DNA of 46,014 bases, taken from NCBI GenBank assembly GCA_001724265.1, contig MEDY01000048.1, positions 62,001 to 108,014 of the forward strand, read 5' to 3'. Both the position numbers and the translations under genes were made by a program. Below are positions 13,854 through 26,212 of the stretch, one piece after another (within the stretch, counting starts at the first letter, position 1; each line of letters opens with the position of its first letter). The DNA comes from Rhizaria sp. SCN 62-66. Lineage: Eukaryota. Under the pieces are notes generated by a model that saw only the letters and a program-made list of their open reading frames with translations, did no database searches and was not told the DNA's origin.

Positions 13854-16547
13854 TCAGATCATGGGAGTGAGCAGGCTCTCCTCGAGCCCAGAGGCCTCCT
13901 CAGCAGCGGCGATAAAGGCGCCGATCAAGTCGCCCGAGCGCAGAGCGGCCGCCGTGCGGGGCATCGCCAGCAGAGCAGCGGCGCGCGCGCGCTCCTGCTC
14001 ACGGTCACTCTGCTGCTCACGGTCACTCTCACTGCTGAAGCCGGCGGCGGTGGCAGCAAGCTCGGACTCGGATCCAACATAAGGAACAATGTAGCCAATA
14101 GTGTCCCACAGCGTGCAGAGCTCCTTGCTGTTCTCAGTGGCAAAACCAGTCTGGAAAACCACGTTCTCACGGGTCTCAGGGTTCCACTTGGGCCAGTTGG
14201 GACTCGCAGTCGCAGTCGGAGTCGCAGCCTCAGCAACAGAGTCCGAGTCGGCGTCAGACTGGTGGTGCTCACAGCCACTCGAGTGCGAGTGCGAGTTGTC
14301 GTGAGAGTTAGCGGACGGCAAGAGGCCAGCGGCGCGGAGGCGGGCAAGCATACTGCGCTGGGACTCAGTGCGGACAAATCGGGCGTCGTTGGCCGCATTA
14401 TCCGCGTCCACAGAGGAGGCCATGTCGGTGTTGGGGTCGCCAGAGCGGGCAAAATTGGCGATGTACTTGACCATTTGGCGCGACAGGGCCTTCTCAGCGG
14501 TCGTCATCTTGACCTTGACCTTGGGGTCCTTCGACTCCTCGAAGTGGAACACGAAGGGCAGCTCGGCGGCATGGCACACCTGAAAACGCACAAACAGTGA
14601 AGTAAAAACAAGTGCACAAGTGAGGGAATGAGCAAAAATTGGCAAAAAGAAAAAGTATTCAAATTGTCTAGAAATCGATGAAATAAGGCTTGAATCGATG
14701 GCAGAGAGCATAAACTAGGTGATTTTGCGGAGATAATGACACGTACCTGGGTGCGGCACTCCTTGGGGAACTCAAAGTAGTCAAACACGTCAGGAGACTC
14801 GAAAACATGCGTGTAGCGGTACACATAGGCCTGCTTGCCCGAGAGCTTCTGCTGCACCGTGACGAACTTCTGCATTGAGCAACGGAACCACATGTCCGTG
14901 ACCGTGCGCGACAGCGCGGCAAAACCGTCGGTAAAGAAGCGCGAGTAGTAGTAACCGAGCTTTGCGCCCTTGTTGGCGCCGAAGATGGCGATGGTGGCGA
15001 GCGAGTACTGCGTCATAGTAATAGCCGGGGGTTTCTCGATCTGGTACGCAAACACGGCGGCCTCGTCGGCAGTCGTGCCGACAATGATCTGCGCGTTCGG
15101 GTTCAGCTTGCTGCTCTCCAGAAGCTCCATGAAGTTGTTGGGTACGATGCTGCCGTCGACAACGGGCTTGAAACCAAGCAGTTGGTCCAGCAGGTGCTCC
15201 TTGTTGGCCTCCGTGACGACGGTAGAGTTGGCGAGAGTGGCAATCAAGTCGCGCTTGACAGCGGCGGACGTGGTGCCCTGGAGACACGAGGTGGAGCACG
15301 TGTATTGGTCACCGGTACCGGGCGTAGTCAGACAGCCCTACAAAACAAAGAGTTTTAACATGATACAATGTGAGGAAAATAGGTTCACATAAACATTAAA
15401 TGTAGATAGAAGATACAAAATACGACAGACATAATTTGATAAAAGTGATATCTTTTGCAGACGTGATATATAAGCGAGACATTCGTCTTTTGTTACCTAC
15501 CTGGAGACGGCAGAACTCACGGCCATAGATCGCGCCGCCCTTCTTCTGCTGCATACGCACGCCAATCGGGTGCGAAAACAGAATCGCCTTGTTATAATAC
15601 GCGTACGACGCCGGGGACGTGAGGTGGATGGCGATCGACCATGCACCAGCAGACTCGCCAAACAGCGTGACGCGGGCGGGGTCACCGTTGAAAGCGGCGA
15701 TGTTGCGCTGCACCCATTGGAGCACCATGCGTTGGTCCAAGATGCCCATGTTACCCGCGATCTCGTTGGTGACGAGGAAGCCGAGCGCAGACAGGCGGTA
15801 GTTAAACGTGACGACGACGACTTCCTCAGCACCGGCCATGAACGAGCCGTCATACATGTTGAGCGGTCCGGGTCCGGAGCCCGTGGAGAAGGAGCCGCCG
15901 TAGAACCACACCATGACGGGGAGCTGTTTGCCCGCGGCCTGACCGGAGTAGTTGCGCGGGGTGAAGACGTTCAGCGAGAGGCAGTCCTCGGACATCGGCT
16001 CGGGGGAGTTTGCACCGGGGTACGCAGAGAAGCAGCCGGGGCCGAATGAAGTGGCGTCAAGCACTCCGGTCCAGCCCTGCTTAGCCACAGGGGGCTTGAA
16101 GCGGTTGGGCGGGGCGGGGGAGTTGGCGTAAGGGATGTTGCGAAAGGCGCGGGAGTTGGACGTCACGTCAGCAAGGCCCTTGACCTAAAACAACGGATAA
16201 GCAGTGCAGAGTGAAGAGTAGAACGGATAATTGCATAGAAGCAGCAAAGTTCAAAAGGTGAAGGAAGAGCAATAAAACGATGCATATAGTGGCATAGATC
16301 GCAGTTTGGGCCAAAGCCACAAGTTAAAGCCAAAAGTATATATAACAAAGTTAGTATATCGTGTGGTTTCAAGCCGTTTATGGGTGATATATATTGTCAA
16401 AATGCGTGTTTGTTGTTTACGAACCTGACCGAGACCGGGAATGATGACCACCTCTGCGCCCTGGGCAGAGGCAAAACCCGCCGTAAATGCAATGAATGCG
16501 AGTGCCGCAGCCAGCAAGAGCGGCGGGAGACGACACATGCGGGACAT
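13854..16547 (-). CDS. Secreted type-B carboxylesterase (cholinesterase-like alpha/beta hydrolase), ~707 aa. Exons 16547-16425, 16184-15501, 15337-14747, 14579-13854
   Basis: Signal-peptide-like N-terminus; FRNIPYA..P..RFKPP, SEDCLSLNVF, VMVWFYGGSF, FNYRL..LGF and GNMGILDQ motifs; catalytic triad GESAG (Ser), GTTADEA (Glu), CHAAEL (His). Three phase-0 GT-AG introns; stop TGA. Confidence 0.93.
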
Positions 16548-17913
16548 GGCTTTCTGTGGGTGGATGTATACAAGTCAATAAGAGTAATGGGTGTGGGTTG
16601 AAGGGCGTTTGAGTGTGGGGAGGGGTGGTTTGGGAGCGACGTCGACCTTCGGGAGGAAGGGGATATACAGTCTGGTATTACCCTGAGAGACAGACGATAA
16701 CTAATGAAAATGTCCACATGTGCGCTGTCGTGCTATTGGTGCAGCTTCATAGACAAAATCAAGTGTTAAGGCCATGAATCCCTGGCCGAAAGCGGATGGA
16801 CGAGTTCAGTCGGTCCTTCGAGCGAAACCAAGTATGCATCGCAGGCATAGATTGCGCTACACACCGCCTTCAGAGACAAAGAAATTTTGCCACACAACAC
16901 AAAGCAACTTGTTCTAATAGAAATCAAAACAATTAATCCGTTTGACGGACATCACGGTCCGTGGCATTGCGTCAACGATACCTCGAGTTGACTCGAGAGT
17001 TGCTGTCCTCGTCGCTCTTTGCTGCTCAGCCAGGTCGTCATAGCCAGATTGGAGAGACCGTGGGCACTCGCTCGCGGCCTGACTTTTTGGACCGAGCTGA
17101 TCGACCGACTGACCGACCGACTGGGACCGAGCAGCGGCCGAAGGGCTCATTAGCCAAGAGGCGAAGGAAAAGAGGCGCGCGCTGCGTTGTGGAGAGGCGA
17201 TATTTAAAATCGAATATTCGGATGAAAAAGAGAAGGTTGAGAGGTATCTTGGTGAAAGCCGCTTGTTGCTGTTCTACGCTTGGATTCCTGTCTACGAACC
17301 TCTTTTTTGACAAATTCGGCAAGGATGAGCGTTGTTCGCACATTCCACTGTTTGCCTCGATCTCGCGCTCTAAACACTCTCACAACGGCTCTTTTGCCCT
17401 TTAACAGAATCTCACCGATATTTTTTCTCTTTTAATAACCGCGTTACTCTACTTTTGTGCTTTTGTCACGCGACACGAACCTTTCTTCGTCGTCCCGCCC
17501 GATTTCTGCCCAACGCCTCTCTCGCGCCCCCCACCGCCCTCGTGCGTTTCCGCGTCACTCTCTCTTTCCCCCAACCTCTCTATATCGCTCTTGCACTCGT
17601 TCTCTGTCTCGACCTTCCCCTTTTGTTTAGTTTCTCCTTCACAAACCCTTCCCTTAGACCGCGCTGACCGTACTCCGTTCTCGCGTTCTTGCCTCACCCA
17701 AAGCTCACTTTCTGTAGTAAGCTCCCCAAGCTCTCGTAAGCTCTCCCAGCCCTCCAGCCTCACTTTCGCATTTGCGCGCTCCTTTGGCCGCCCTTTGCAG
17801 CCGCTTGCCAAAGCAGCGCCGCCGTCTTTGTACCTCACCGCCGAACCGCAACAGTTGACAGCACAACACACAAGCTTGCAAGCATCTTAACACACACAGA
17901 GCTCGTGACCACG

Positions 17914-20900
17914 ATGGATCTCGGTCTCCCTCTTCAAGATCAGCACGCCTCCGCTGCCCCCGCAGCCCTCTCATCCCCCATCATTGCCCCCAACGCTTCC
18001 GGCAGCGGTGCTTTGAGCGCTGACTCTAGCAGTGGCAGCGGTTCGATGCCTCCGCTCTCCCCTCTGGCCGCCGCCGCCGCCGCTGCTGCTGCTGCCCCTA
18101 TGGTCGCCTCCCCGATCTCCGCCCCCGCCGCAGCGCCGGCGGCAGTTTCTGCTGCTGCAATGGACGGCCTCAACGTCCCCGCGCCCCTCATGGACGCTGA
18201 CGACGACAACGGCGGCTTATATTCCGCTCCCTCCGTCTCGGCCGCGACTGACAACTCATCGTTCATGTCAAGCGCTGATGTTGCTCCTGTTGCTGCAGCT
18301 GTGCCTGGGGCGGCTTCGCTTGCACTGGCGCCGCTGTCTCCGATCGCATCCGTCCCTGCTCCGCCCGTCGCCGCCGTCGCCGTCGCCCCTGCCGCCGCCC
18401 CCGCTGCGGCAAGTGAGCCTGCTCCTGCTCCCGGGGCGAGTGCCCCTGCGCCCGTCGCAGCCATCTCAGCCTCCGATGCCTCTGCTGCTCCTGCTCCTGC
18501 TTCGGTCTCAGCCCCGTCTGTCGTTATTGCCGCAGACTCTGACTCAGCCATCACCGCCGCCTCTTCAGCAACGACATCTGCCGACTTCACTGCCGCTGCC
18601 GCGGCTGCTGCGGAGGCTGCCGTGAACGCGACTCCCAGCGCTGCCCACCCCCACATGTCCGAGTCGGGACTCATGATCTCGGGCGTCTACCGCTACGCAC
18701 ACCCGCCTCACCTGCTCGTGCCCTCCACGTTCCCCTCCAAGGACCTGTTTTACACGCGCCGCAACGCCATCGAGCGCGCCGCCCGACTCCCCAAGGGCTA
18801 CCGTCTCTTGCCCACCGACCCTCATCACCCTCTGGGCGCAGCGGCCGCGAACCCGAAGGCCGTGGCGGCCCGCCCTCTGACCGCGTTCGGGGGCCCCGCC
18901 GCCGCTGCCGGCGCAGCCGGGTCTGCGGACGCCGCCGGCGCCGGCGCCCCGGGTGCTGCCGGGGCGGCCGGCGGGGTGTCGATGTCGACGCTCTCGGCGG
19001 CCATGGCCACGCCCACTGTGCAGGTACGCACTTAGACACTTAGATGTCTCCGCAATATGCCCGTGATCTCGAATTAATTGTATTTAATTAAATTTACTTC
19101 TTCACGATCTACTCACACCTTTTTCTTTAGAACAAACCACTCATATATCGCTCTAATATGTTGTATTTTGCGTACTATTGTGTACTTTTGACAGGCGCGC
19201 TCGTCCCGTGCCGGGCGCAACCCCGGCCGCACCTCGCTCTCGGGCTCTATCTCCATGTCTGCCTACTCCGAGGGCGCCGCGTCGCTCGACCCCGTTATGA
19301 CCAAGTGCGAGGTGATCCTGACGGAGCTCAACGACCAGCCGTACTGCCACGTGTTCTCAGCACCCGTGGATCCCCAACGCGATGGCGTGCCGACCTACTT
19401 CGACGTCATCAAAAAGCCCATGGATCTCGGCACCGTGCGTTCTCGTCTCATCACCGGAAAGTACGAAAACGTCGCCCGCTTTGCCGAAGACGTGCGCCAG
19501 GTCTTCGTCAACGCCACGACGTTTAACCCGCGGGAAAACTGGGTTCACGGCCTCGCAGTCAAACTCGCAGAGTTCTTCGAGAGTAAGCTCACTGCTGTCG
19601 AGGCATTCGCAGCGGAGCATGAGGCCGCCAAGGCCCGGCGCAAGGCCGCGCGCAAGTCAGGCGCTGGCGCTGGAGGCAGTTCCGGTACCGGTGGGCAGCG
19701 GAAGCGTGGGTACGGTGACAACGACGGCGACGACGACGACGATGACGACGACGACGGGGCGAGCGTCGCCTCGACCGGCACCGCCGGCCGCGCGAAGAAG
19801 CCGCGCCGTCCGTCGGCGGCGTCGGGTCGCAGCGGCCGCAGCAGCAACGCTGGTGGCGACGATGACGAGGACGGCGGCGCCAGCGACGCGACTGGCGCGG
19901 CTGGCGGTCCGATGATCAACGGCAGCATGATGCAGATGATGAACAACAACAACAACAACAGCAACACCGCCGGTGCCGGTGCCGGTGGTGCGGGCGATAT
20001 GACACAGATGCAGATGATGTGGCAAATGATGCAAATGCAGCAGATGCAGCAGCAGATGGCGATGTTGGCCGCGGGCGCTGGCGTCCCAGACGGCAAGGGC
20101 GGGAATAAGAAGCGCCAGAGCACCGCCGGCGGCGGTGGCAAGGGCGGCGCCAATGCTGCGAACAACATGATGATGAATCCGATGATGATGGGCATGGGTA
20201 TGATGAACCCCATGATGATGAACATGGGCAACATGGGTGGCAACATGATGAATCCCATGATGATGAACATGGGCATGGGGATGAACCCCATGATGATGGC
20301 CGGCGGTGGTCCCAATAACGCTGCTCAGGGCAACGGCGCGGTTTCCAGCAACAGCAACAGCAACAACAAGCGAGCCAGCGGTGTCGGCGTCGGCGGTGGC
20401 GGCGGCAGTAAGACCGGCGTCGGCGCTGCCCCCAGCTCTTCCCGCAAGCCCTCTGTCACCGCCTCCGCGCCCCACTCCGCCGGCGACGCCGACGCCGCGA
20501 TGCATCAGCAGCAACAGCACGCGCAGCAGCAGCAGCAGCATCAAGTCAACACTGCGCATACGCTCCGTGTCGACCAGCTCAAGAATGACATGCAGGGCCT
20601 GACTGGCGACGACCTCCCGGGCCTGGTCAGCACGCTTCAGCGCTACGACCCCAGTTGGCAGCCCACCGACGGCAACATCAGCCTCGACCTGAACGCGCTC
20701 GACGTTGTCGTCATCGACGCACTCGAATGCTACGTCGCCAAATGCCGACAGAAGCGGACGATCGCTCAGCAGCAGCAGTCGTCGGTGTTCCGCTCCCCGC
20801 ACTATGACGCGTCGGCGTCGCGTCTTGCGGGGCTGCATGGCACGCCTGTCGGCGTCGGGGTAGGTCTCGGTGCCATCGCCAGTCCGGGCAGCATGGGCGT

Positions 20901-20946
20901 CTCTGGCGGCGCGCCCCCGTCTGACTCGGACTCGGACTCGGACTAA
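17914..20946 (+). CDS. Bromodomain + extra-terminal (ET) domain protein, BET/GTE-like, ~953 aa. Exons 17914-19023, 19195-20946
   Basis: Bromodomain VFSAPVDPQRDGVPTYFDVIKKPMDLGTV...FVNATTFNP with the conserved Asn; ET-like segment QLKNDMQGLTGDDLPGLVSTLQ..NISLDLNALD..IDALECYV. A phase-0 GTACGC...CAG intron joins the exons in frame; stop TAA. Confidence 0.9.
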
Positions 20947-21877
20947 AGCGGTTACGATGTTAATGCGGGATGGCTATGACTGTGGCTGTGGCTTTTCTAG
21001 AATAACGAGTGAGATTGAGCGATGCGTTTGCTTGCCCGTACGGTTACTCTTAAAATGTGCGACGTTGTTTTTTGTGTGGTTTGATGTGATGTATTCGTGT
21101 CAAATCAAGAAATAACACTAGCTTTGCTGTTTCACACAGTACTACATCTTCTCTCTTCACCGTTGAGACTTTAGTTCAAGCCATCGGTCTTGTCTTCTTG
21201 TCATTTCGAGTCTCTGTTGTTGTTTTTTATGCCTTTCCGTAGCTCTTTGCCTCTCACTCTTCCTGCTCTTTGATAGTCTCGTCTCAAAACCTCACTTCAA
21301 ACTGACTGTGATTGTGTAAGCGCTTGAATCGTGTACCGATGGGGTACAGACTCACACGCGCACGCACTTACAGTAACTCATGTTTTTGGCAACACAAAAC
21401 AACAATTGTGATCTTAAGTCGCAAACCAATCGTGACTGTTGTTTCTATTTTTTTTGTTTTTGTTTCTCTGATCTCTGTAATCTGTTTTGTTTGGATAATC
21501 TTTAATCAACAAATCAACAAATGTATTTTCTACATGTACGCGCCATATCTACTTCAATACGTACAAATGTAAAAGTGTTATTATTATCAACTTGATAAGT
21601 ATTGCTCTATTTTTTTTTTCTTTTTTGTTGTTGAATGTGATCCGCCATCTTCATAGCCGTGATATGCACATGTGCTCGAAGAAAAACCGTTACACTAATA
21701 TAATTAATTAATCACAAATACAATGCACATTCAACACATTTGTATCGCTTGTTTTAAGCCCGTAACGCGGCACGCTCGATGTTAACTGCGCTAACATTGG
21801 AAGTTTCCGTTTGCATGGTTGATCGATCAATCGATTCCCGCGACTCTTTCCCAGGTCATTGTCGAAACAAAACACTC

Positions 21878-22500
21878 TTAGATTAGCGATTTTTCTTTGT
21901 GTGTGGCTTGATATATCTTATCACCGTCGTTCATAGTGCGAGCTTGGTTGTGGCCGTGCGCCACAGGGCTCGTCGTGCAATCACCCACAATGTCGACGAC
22001 AAGCTTGAGCAGCCTTGCTGCGCCGTCCTGTGCCACATCATTCTTTGCTGCCGCTTTCACGAGAGCGCCATAACCGCCCGCCTTCAGGAAATCCGCCAGG
22101 AGCCTGTTGCGCGGCCCAACACCCTCGGCCGCCACGCGGGATCCGGGCTTGTGTCACTCGCATGAGTTGCAACGCGAGACACACCGAGGACGGTAGTCGC
22201 ATGTACTTACTGTTAACAGTGTCGACAAGCAGCAGCGTGAAGTACCGCAGCGCTCCGGACTCGAGCAACGCAAACGCCCTTCCAAGCCTGGCTTTTTTGC
22301 TGACTTTAGAAAGAGAACCGCCCAATGTTGCAATCATAATCTTCGACAAGTGTTCCGCAAACAAACACACCGTGTACTTGTTGGCTATAGTCATCACGGG
22401 GAGACGCGCGACAACTGTCAGCAACACATTTGCCTCAAGAACTCGTGGCACGAGAGCGGGGCGAGCTGACCATATTGCATAGCAGTGACACGAGCTTCAC
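21878..22500 (-). pseudogene. Possible frameshifted remnant of a helical/ARM-repeat gene
   Basis: A coding-like island in AT-rich intergenic DNA. Amphipathic ARM-like segments (VKLVSLLCNMVS / LVPRVLEANVL..LLESGALRYFTLLL / FLKAGGYGALVKAA..AARLLKLV) lie in successive different frames, with no convincing start or splice sites. Confidence 0.3.
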
Positions 22501-22830
22501 ACACAAAGTGACAGTATTAAGAAGTCAGACATATTTAAGCTTTATTGGGCATATACGCGTGCATACTAAATACATTGTCAAACTAATGTAACCGTAAAAA
22601 AAATCTCAAGCTATATAGTTATAACTTCCCATCAAAACAAAGCAACCAAGGTCACGATCACAGAACTCATGACACACAACAACGGATGATGAGTGCGTGG
22701 CAGCGAGTAAGAGCACATGCGAGATGTTGGCAAGACACGTGATTCGCCCGTACTTGTGTTCGTTTAAGTTTTTGGGGCCCCGCATTCACCACATAACCTT
22801 GTGAACAATAATCGATTCTCACTCAGTCAC

Positions 22831-24894
22831 TCACTCGCCATTATCAGCATTATCCTCCCCTTGCTGTGCCTGCAGCGCCAGCAGCGCTTGCTTCTTCCTC
22901 CGCGCACGCTCCCTGGCCCTCGCCTTGACCTCCTCGGACGCCTCCCTCAGGCGGTCATACTCCCTTTTCTTCTGCACGTACTCAGGATCTTTGTACCGCT
23001 CAGCATTTTCCTGCCGCTTCCGCTCCTTGACCGCGGGATCCAGCGTGCGCTGCATGTCGTAAGCGCGCTATTTCGCCCGCACCACGGGATCCAGCCGCCG
23101 CAGCCGCGCCTTTTCGTTCAGCAGCAGTCGGCGTTGTTCGCGCTCTGCAGGGCTCATCTTGTTCAGAGCCTTGGCCGAGTTGATCCGGTCGAGCTCCCGG
23201 CGGCGGTCCAGGCGGGCTATCTCATGGGGCGACATATCTTCACGGCGGCGGCAGCGGCGCCGGACGACGATAGGGTCCCCACTGGCGGCCGCGGCGGCCG
23301 CGGCGGCGGCCTCAGCGGCAGCAACAGCGGCGGCGGCCCTCTCGGCGACGGCAGCAGCAGCAGCAGCAGCAGGGGTGACGGCGGCAGAAGCAGGGGCGAC
23401 GGCAGTCACATCGCCGCTCACGGCGCCGGCGGCAGGGCTAGCAGCGGTGACGGCGCCGGCAGCCGAGACAACTGCGGTCGAGCAAACGCCGTTGTTCCTT
23501 CTGTCGCCCATATTGTTCTTGTTGTTACTGTTGTTGTTGCGGCGACGGGTGCGAGGCTCGGAGTCGGAGTCAGAATCGCTTTCATCAGAGGAGAAGGATG
23601 ACTCGTCGCAGTCTGAGCCGCGGAAATCAGAGTCGGAGTCGGAGGTAGAGAGAGACTTAGACTTTGGTTTTGACCGTGACTTTGCTTTAGACTTGCTCGT
23701 CTTGCTCTTGCTCTTGCTCTCGTCATTGCTCTTGTCACTGTCACTGCTGCTGCTGCCGCTGCTGCCGCTGCTACGCGAGGTAAAAGACTCAGAATCACGC
23801 ACGTACTTGACCGGAGACCGCGTTTCCCGAGCACGCGTCCTGGTACCCGTGGAGGTACCCGTGGGGGAACCAGTAAGGGAACATGTGAGGGAATCAGTGG
23901 GGGTATTCGCACTCGGACTGGCCCTCGCGTTAGGACTCGAGTTCACACTGGCGCTGGCGCTGGCGCTGGCGCTAGCGCTGATGCTGGTGCTGGTGCTGGC
24001 GGCGGCGGCGACTGTGTGTGTGCTGGTGTGAGCGTAGGACGGAGTCTGCCTTCGAGCTTCCTCGACTGCAGTCGGAGTTGCCGCTGCCGCTGCTGCCGCT
24101 GCTGCCGCTGCTGCTACTGCTGCTACTGCTGTACTGTGAGCCTTTGCTGCAGAGGCAGAGCCAGAGCCAAGCGCTGGCCGCAGCTATGACCGGAGAGGTG
24201 ACGCAGACGCAGACTCTACGCCTAACTAGGCGGGATAGCCAGTGGAAATGTTGTCCTCAGAGTCGCCGTGGCAGCCTGCGTAATTGTCACCGACGGTAAT
24301 GTCAGTGTCGAAGTTAGAGTCAGACTGAGTCATATCATCATCATCATCATCATCATCGTCATCATCATCAGAGTCGGTCTCAGAGTCAAAGTCGGAGCAC
24401 ATCATGCTGATGAAAATGTCGCTGTTGAGTATGGTACGATTCGCGAGAGAGCTCGCCTCCATAAGAGCGTTGCTCCTGAGGCTGGCGCTGCTAGAGAGGA
24501 GCAGTGCGCGCGCAAGCCGGTCGCTGAAGCTCTCTTTGGTGTGATGAGAATCACTCGAGCTAAGAGCAAGCGGGTACTGCTGTTGCTGTTGCTTTGAGCT
24601 GTTGCTCGGCGTCTTGCGAGGGCGCTTCGCATCAGCGCCGGGAGCAGCAGAGGCCGCGGCTGATGCGGTCACAGCTTTGACGCCAGCACGACGCCTCTTG
24701 ATCTAGATGTCGGATAAATGCTATGAAAACGTATTAAAATTGTGTGAAATAATACAAAGTGTGAGTATGCTAAGTAGAATTGTTGATCAGTGTTGTCATT
24801 AATGCAATGAAAGTGAACGAACGATAGCGGGCGAACAATAGTGTAGGCATAAAAGAGTTGGAGGTTGCCGAAAAATAAAACGTACCTGCGACAT
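22831..24894 (-). CDS. Unknown ~626 aa basic/acidic protein with C-terminal helical repeats; 3 in-frame TAG codons. Exons 24894-24886, 24702-22831
   Basis: ATG TCG CAG|GTACGT...TAG|ATC AAG AGG gives MSQIKRRR. The track ORFs 24226-24672, 23068-23946 and 22831-23055 share one frame and are separated only by TAG (24226-28, 24184-86, 23068-70). The gene ends in TGA. Confidence 0.75.
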
Positions 24895-26212
24895 ATTGAT
24901 AGCACAGAAACGTAGAACAAAAATACGAGTATATTTCTTTTGCGTGAGATTCGCGCGGCTTGCGCTCTTGTTGCGAAACCAGAGCGGTTAGGGAAGCAAC
25001 TGAGACCGAGACCAAGGTATGGGGGAGGGCACGAGCCGCCTCAAGGCGTGTAGCGCTGTACAAAAGTGTTTACAGAGGTCTAAACTAAGCCTGCTAATTT
25101 TAGCAAGTAAGAGATCGTGAACGATTGACGCGCACGCGTTCGGGGTGAGATTTGATATCAGGGGAGAGCACCGCATATCGTGAATGCACCGTAGAGTCAA
25201 GCGCTCAGAAGCGCACGCATTTCCATGACATGTTCACGCATATTTCCGTCAGATCAAATGTCATTATAAGTTACTTTTAGAATATAACATTTGAAACGAT
25301 ATATATCAACGTGGTCCTTTAGAAGGTCGATTTAGAGCGCACACATTCCATTTTTCTTCGCGATAGGTCGAAGACTGGTGGGCGCTCTCTACCACGAATC
25401 TTGGCAAGAAGTCGCAAAACAACACCCAAAGAGTTGTGATCTTTGATTAGTCAGCTGTATTTCAATTATTATATTTAAATACTATGTTTGTAATAAATAA
25501 ATTGTGTTTGTCCTTTAACTCGGACATTAGCCTGGTATATCTATCTCGATATGCCTGATGTTCGCACCACGGCAGTAGCTCACCATCAAGTATACAGCGC
25601 AAAACACAAGCGCCAGTTTGACAACATAAGCTTAAAAATGTGGGTGGGTGTGATACAACATGTAGAGCAAGTAGATACGCAAAGCCAGCGCTCCTGAGCC
25701 GCGTTTTCCGGCTGAGCTTCGTGGCAGTTGACTAACATATCATGATATCTCAGCTTTGGAACATAAAATTGTTAAGTGGGTATCATCTCTTGCGTTGATT
25801 TACTAAAATATGTTGTTATTAAGTGTCGTGATACTTTAATAATGAGAACGAGCGTTCGCCGATCCATATTTTCACAGTGTAACACTTTTTCAATCGAAGT
25901 CGCAACGGTCAGAGCCTTAACTCTGAAGGATTAGTTTAGGATTAGTTTAGGCGTAGTATTTGCATGCGCTGCTGGCTCCCTACACACTACAGGACGACGA
26001 CAGAGATATGACGTGATGATAATCGATGGGATATATGTATGAATGATACACAGTTTCATTAAACTGCTTGATAAACAAATAAATCAGCGAGTTGGTTAAT
26101 CACATCTGGCCTGACTCTCATAAACAACGAAAAGCTATCAAATACTGTTTTGCTGCTCAGCCAAGCTTAGCTAGCGTCCTCTGTCTTGAGTCAACACAGC
26201 GTCACTTCAGTT

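Noticed and set aside
13611-14600. 329-aa plus-strand ORF
   Set aside because: Antisense to the last carboxylesterase exon and its 3' UTR; no recognisable motifs.
16914-17890. Short ORFs and GACCGA-type repeats between the divergent esterase and bromodomain genes
   Set aside because: No coherent protein or splice structure; probably promoter or 5' UTR sequence. The motif recurrence is too weak to call.
25928-25951. GGATTAGTTTAGGATTAGTTTAGG as a telomere-like repeat
   Set aside because: Only two copies of an 11-mer, which can arise by chance or slippage.
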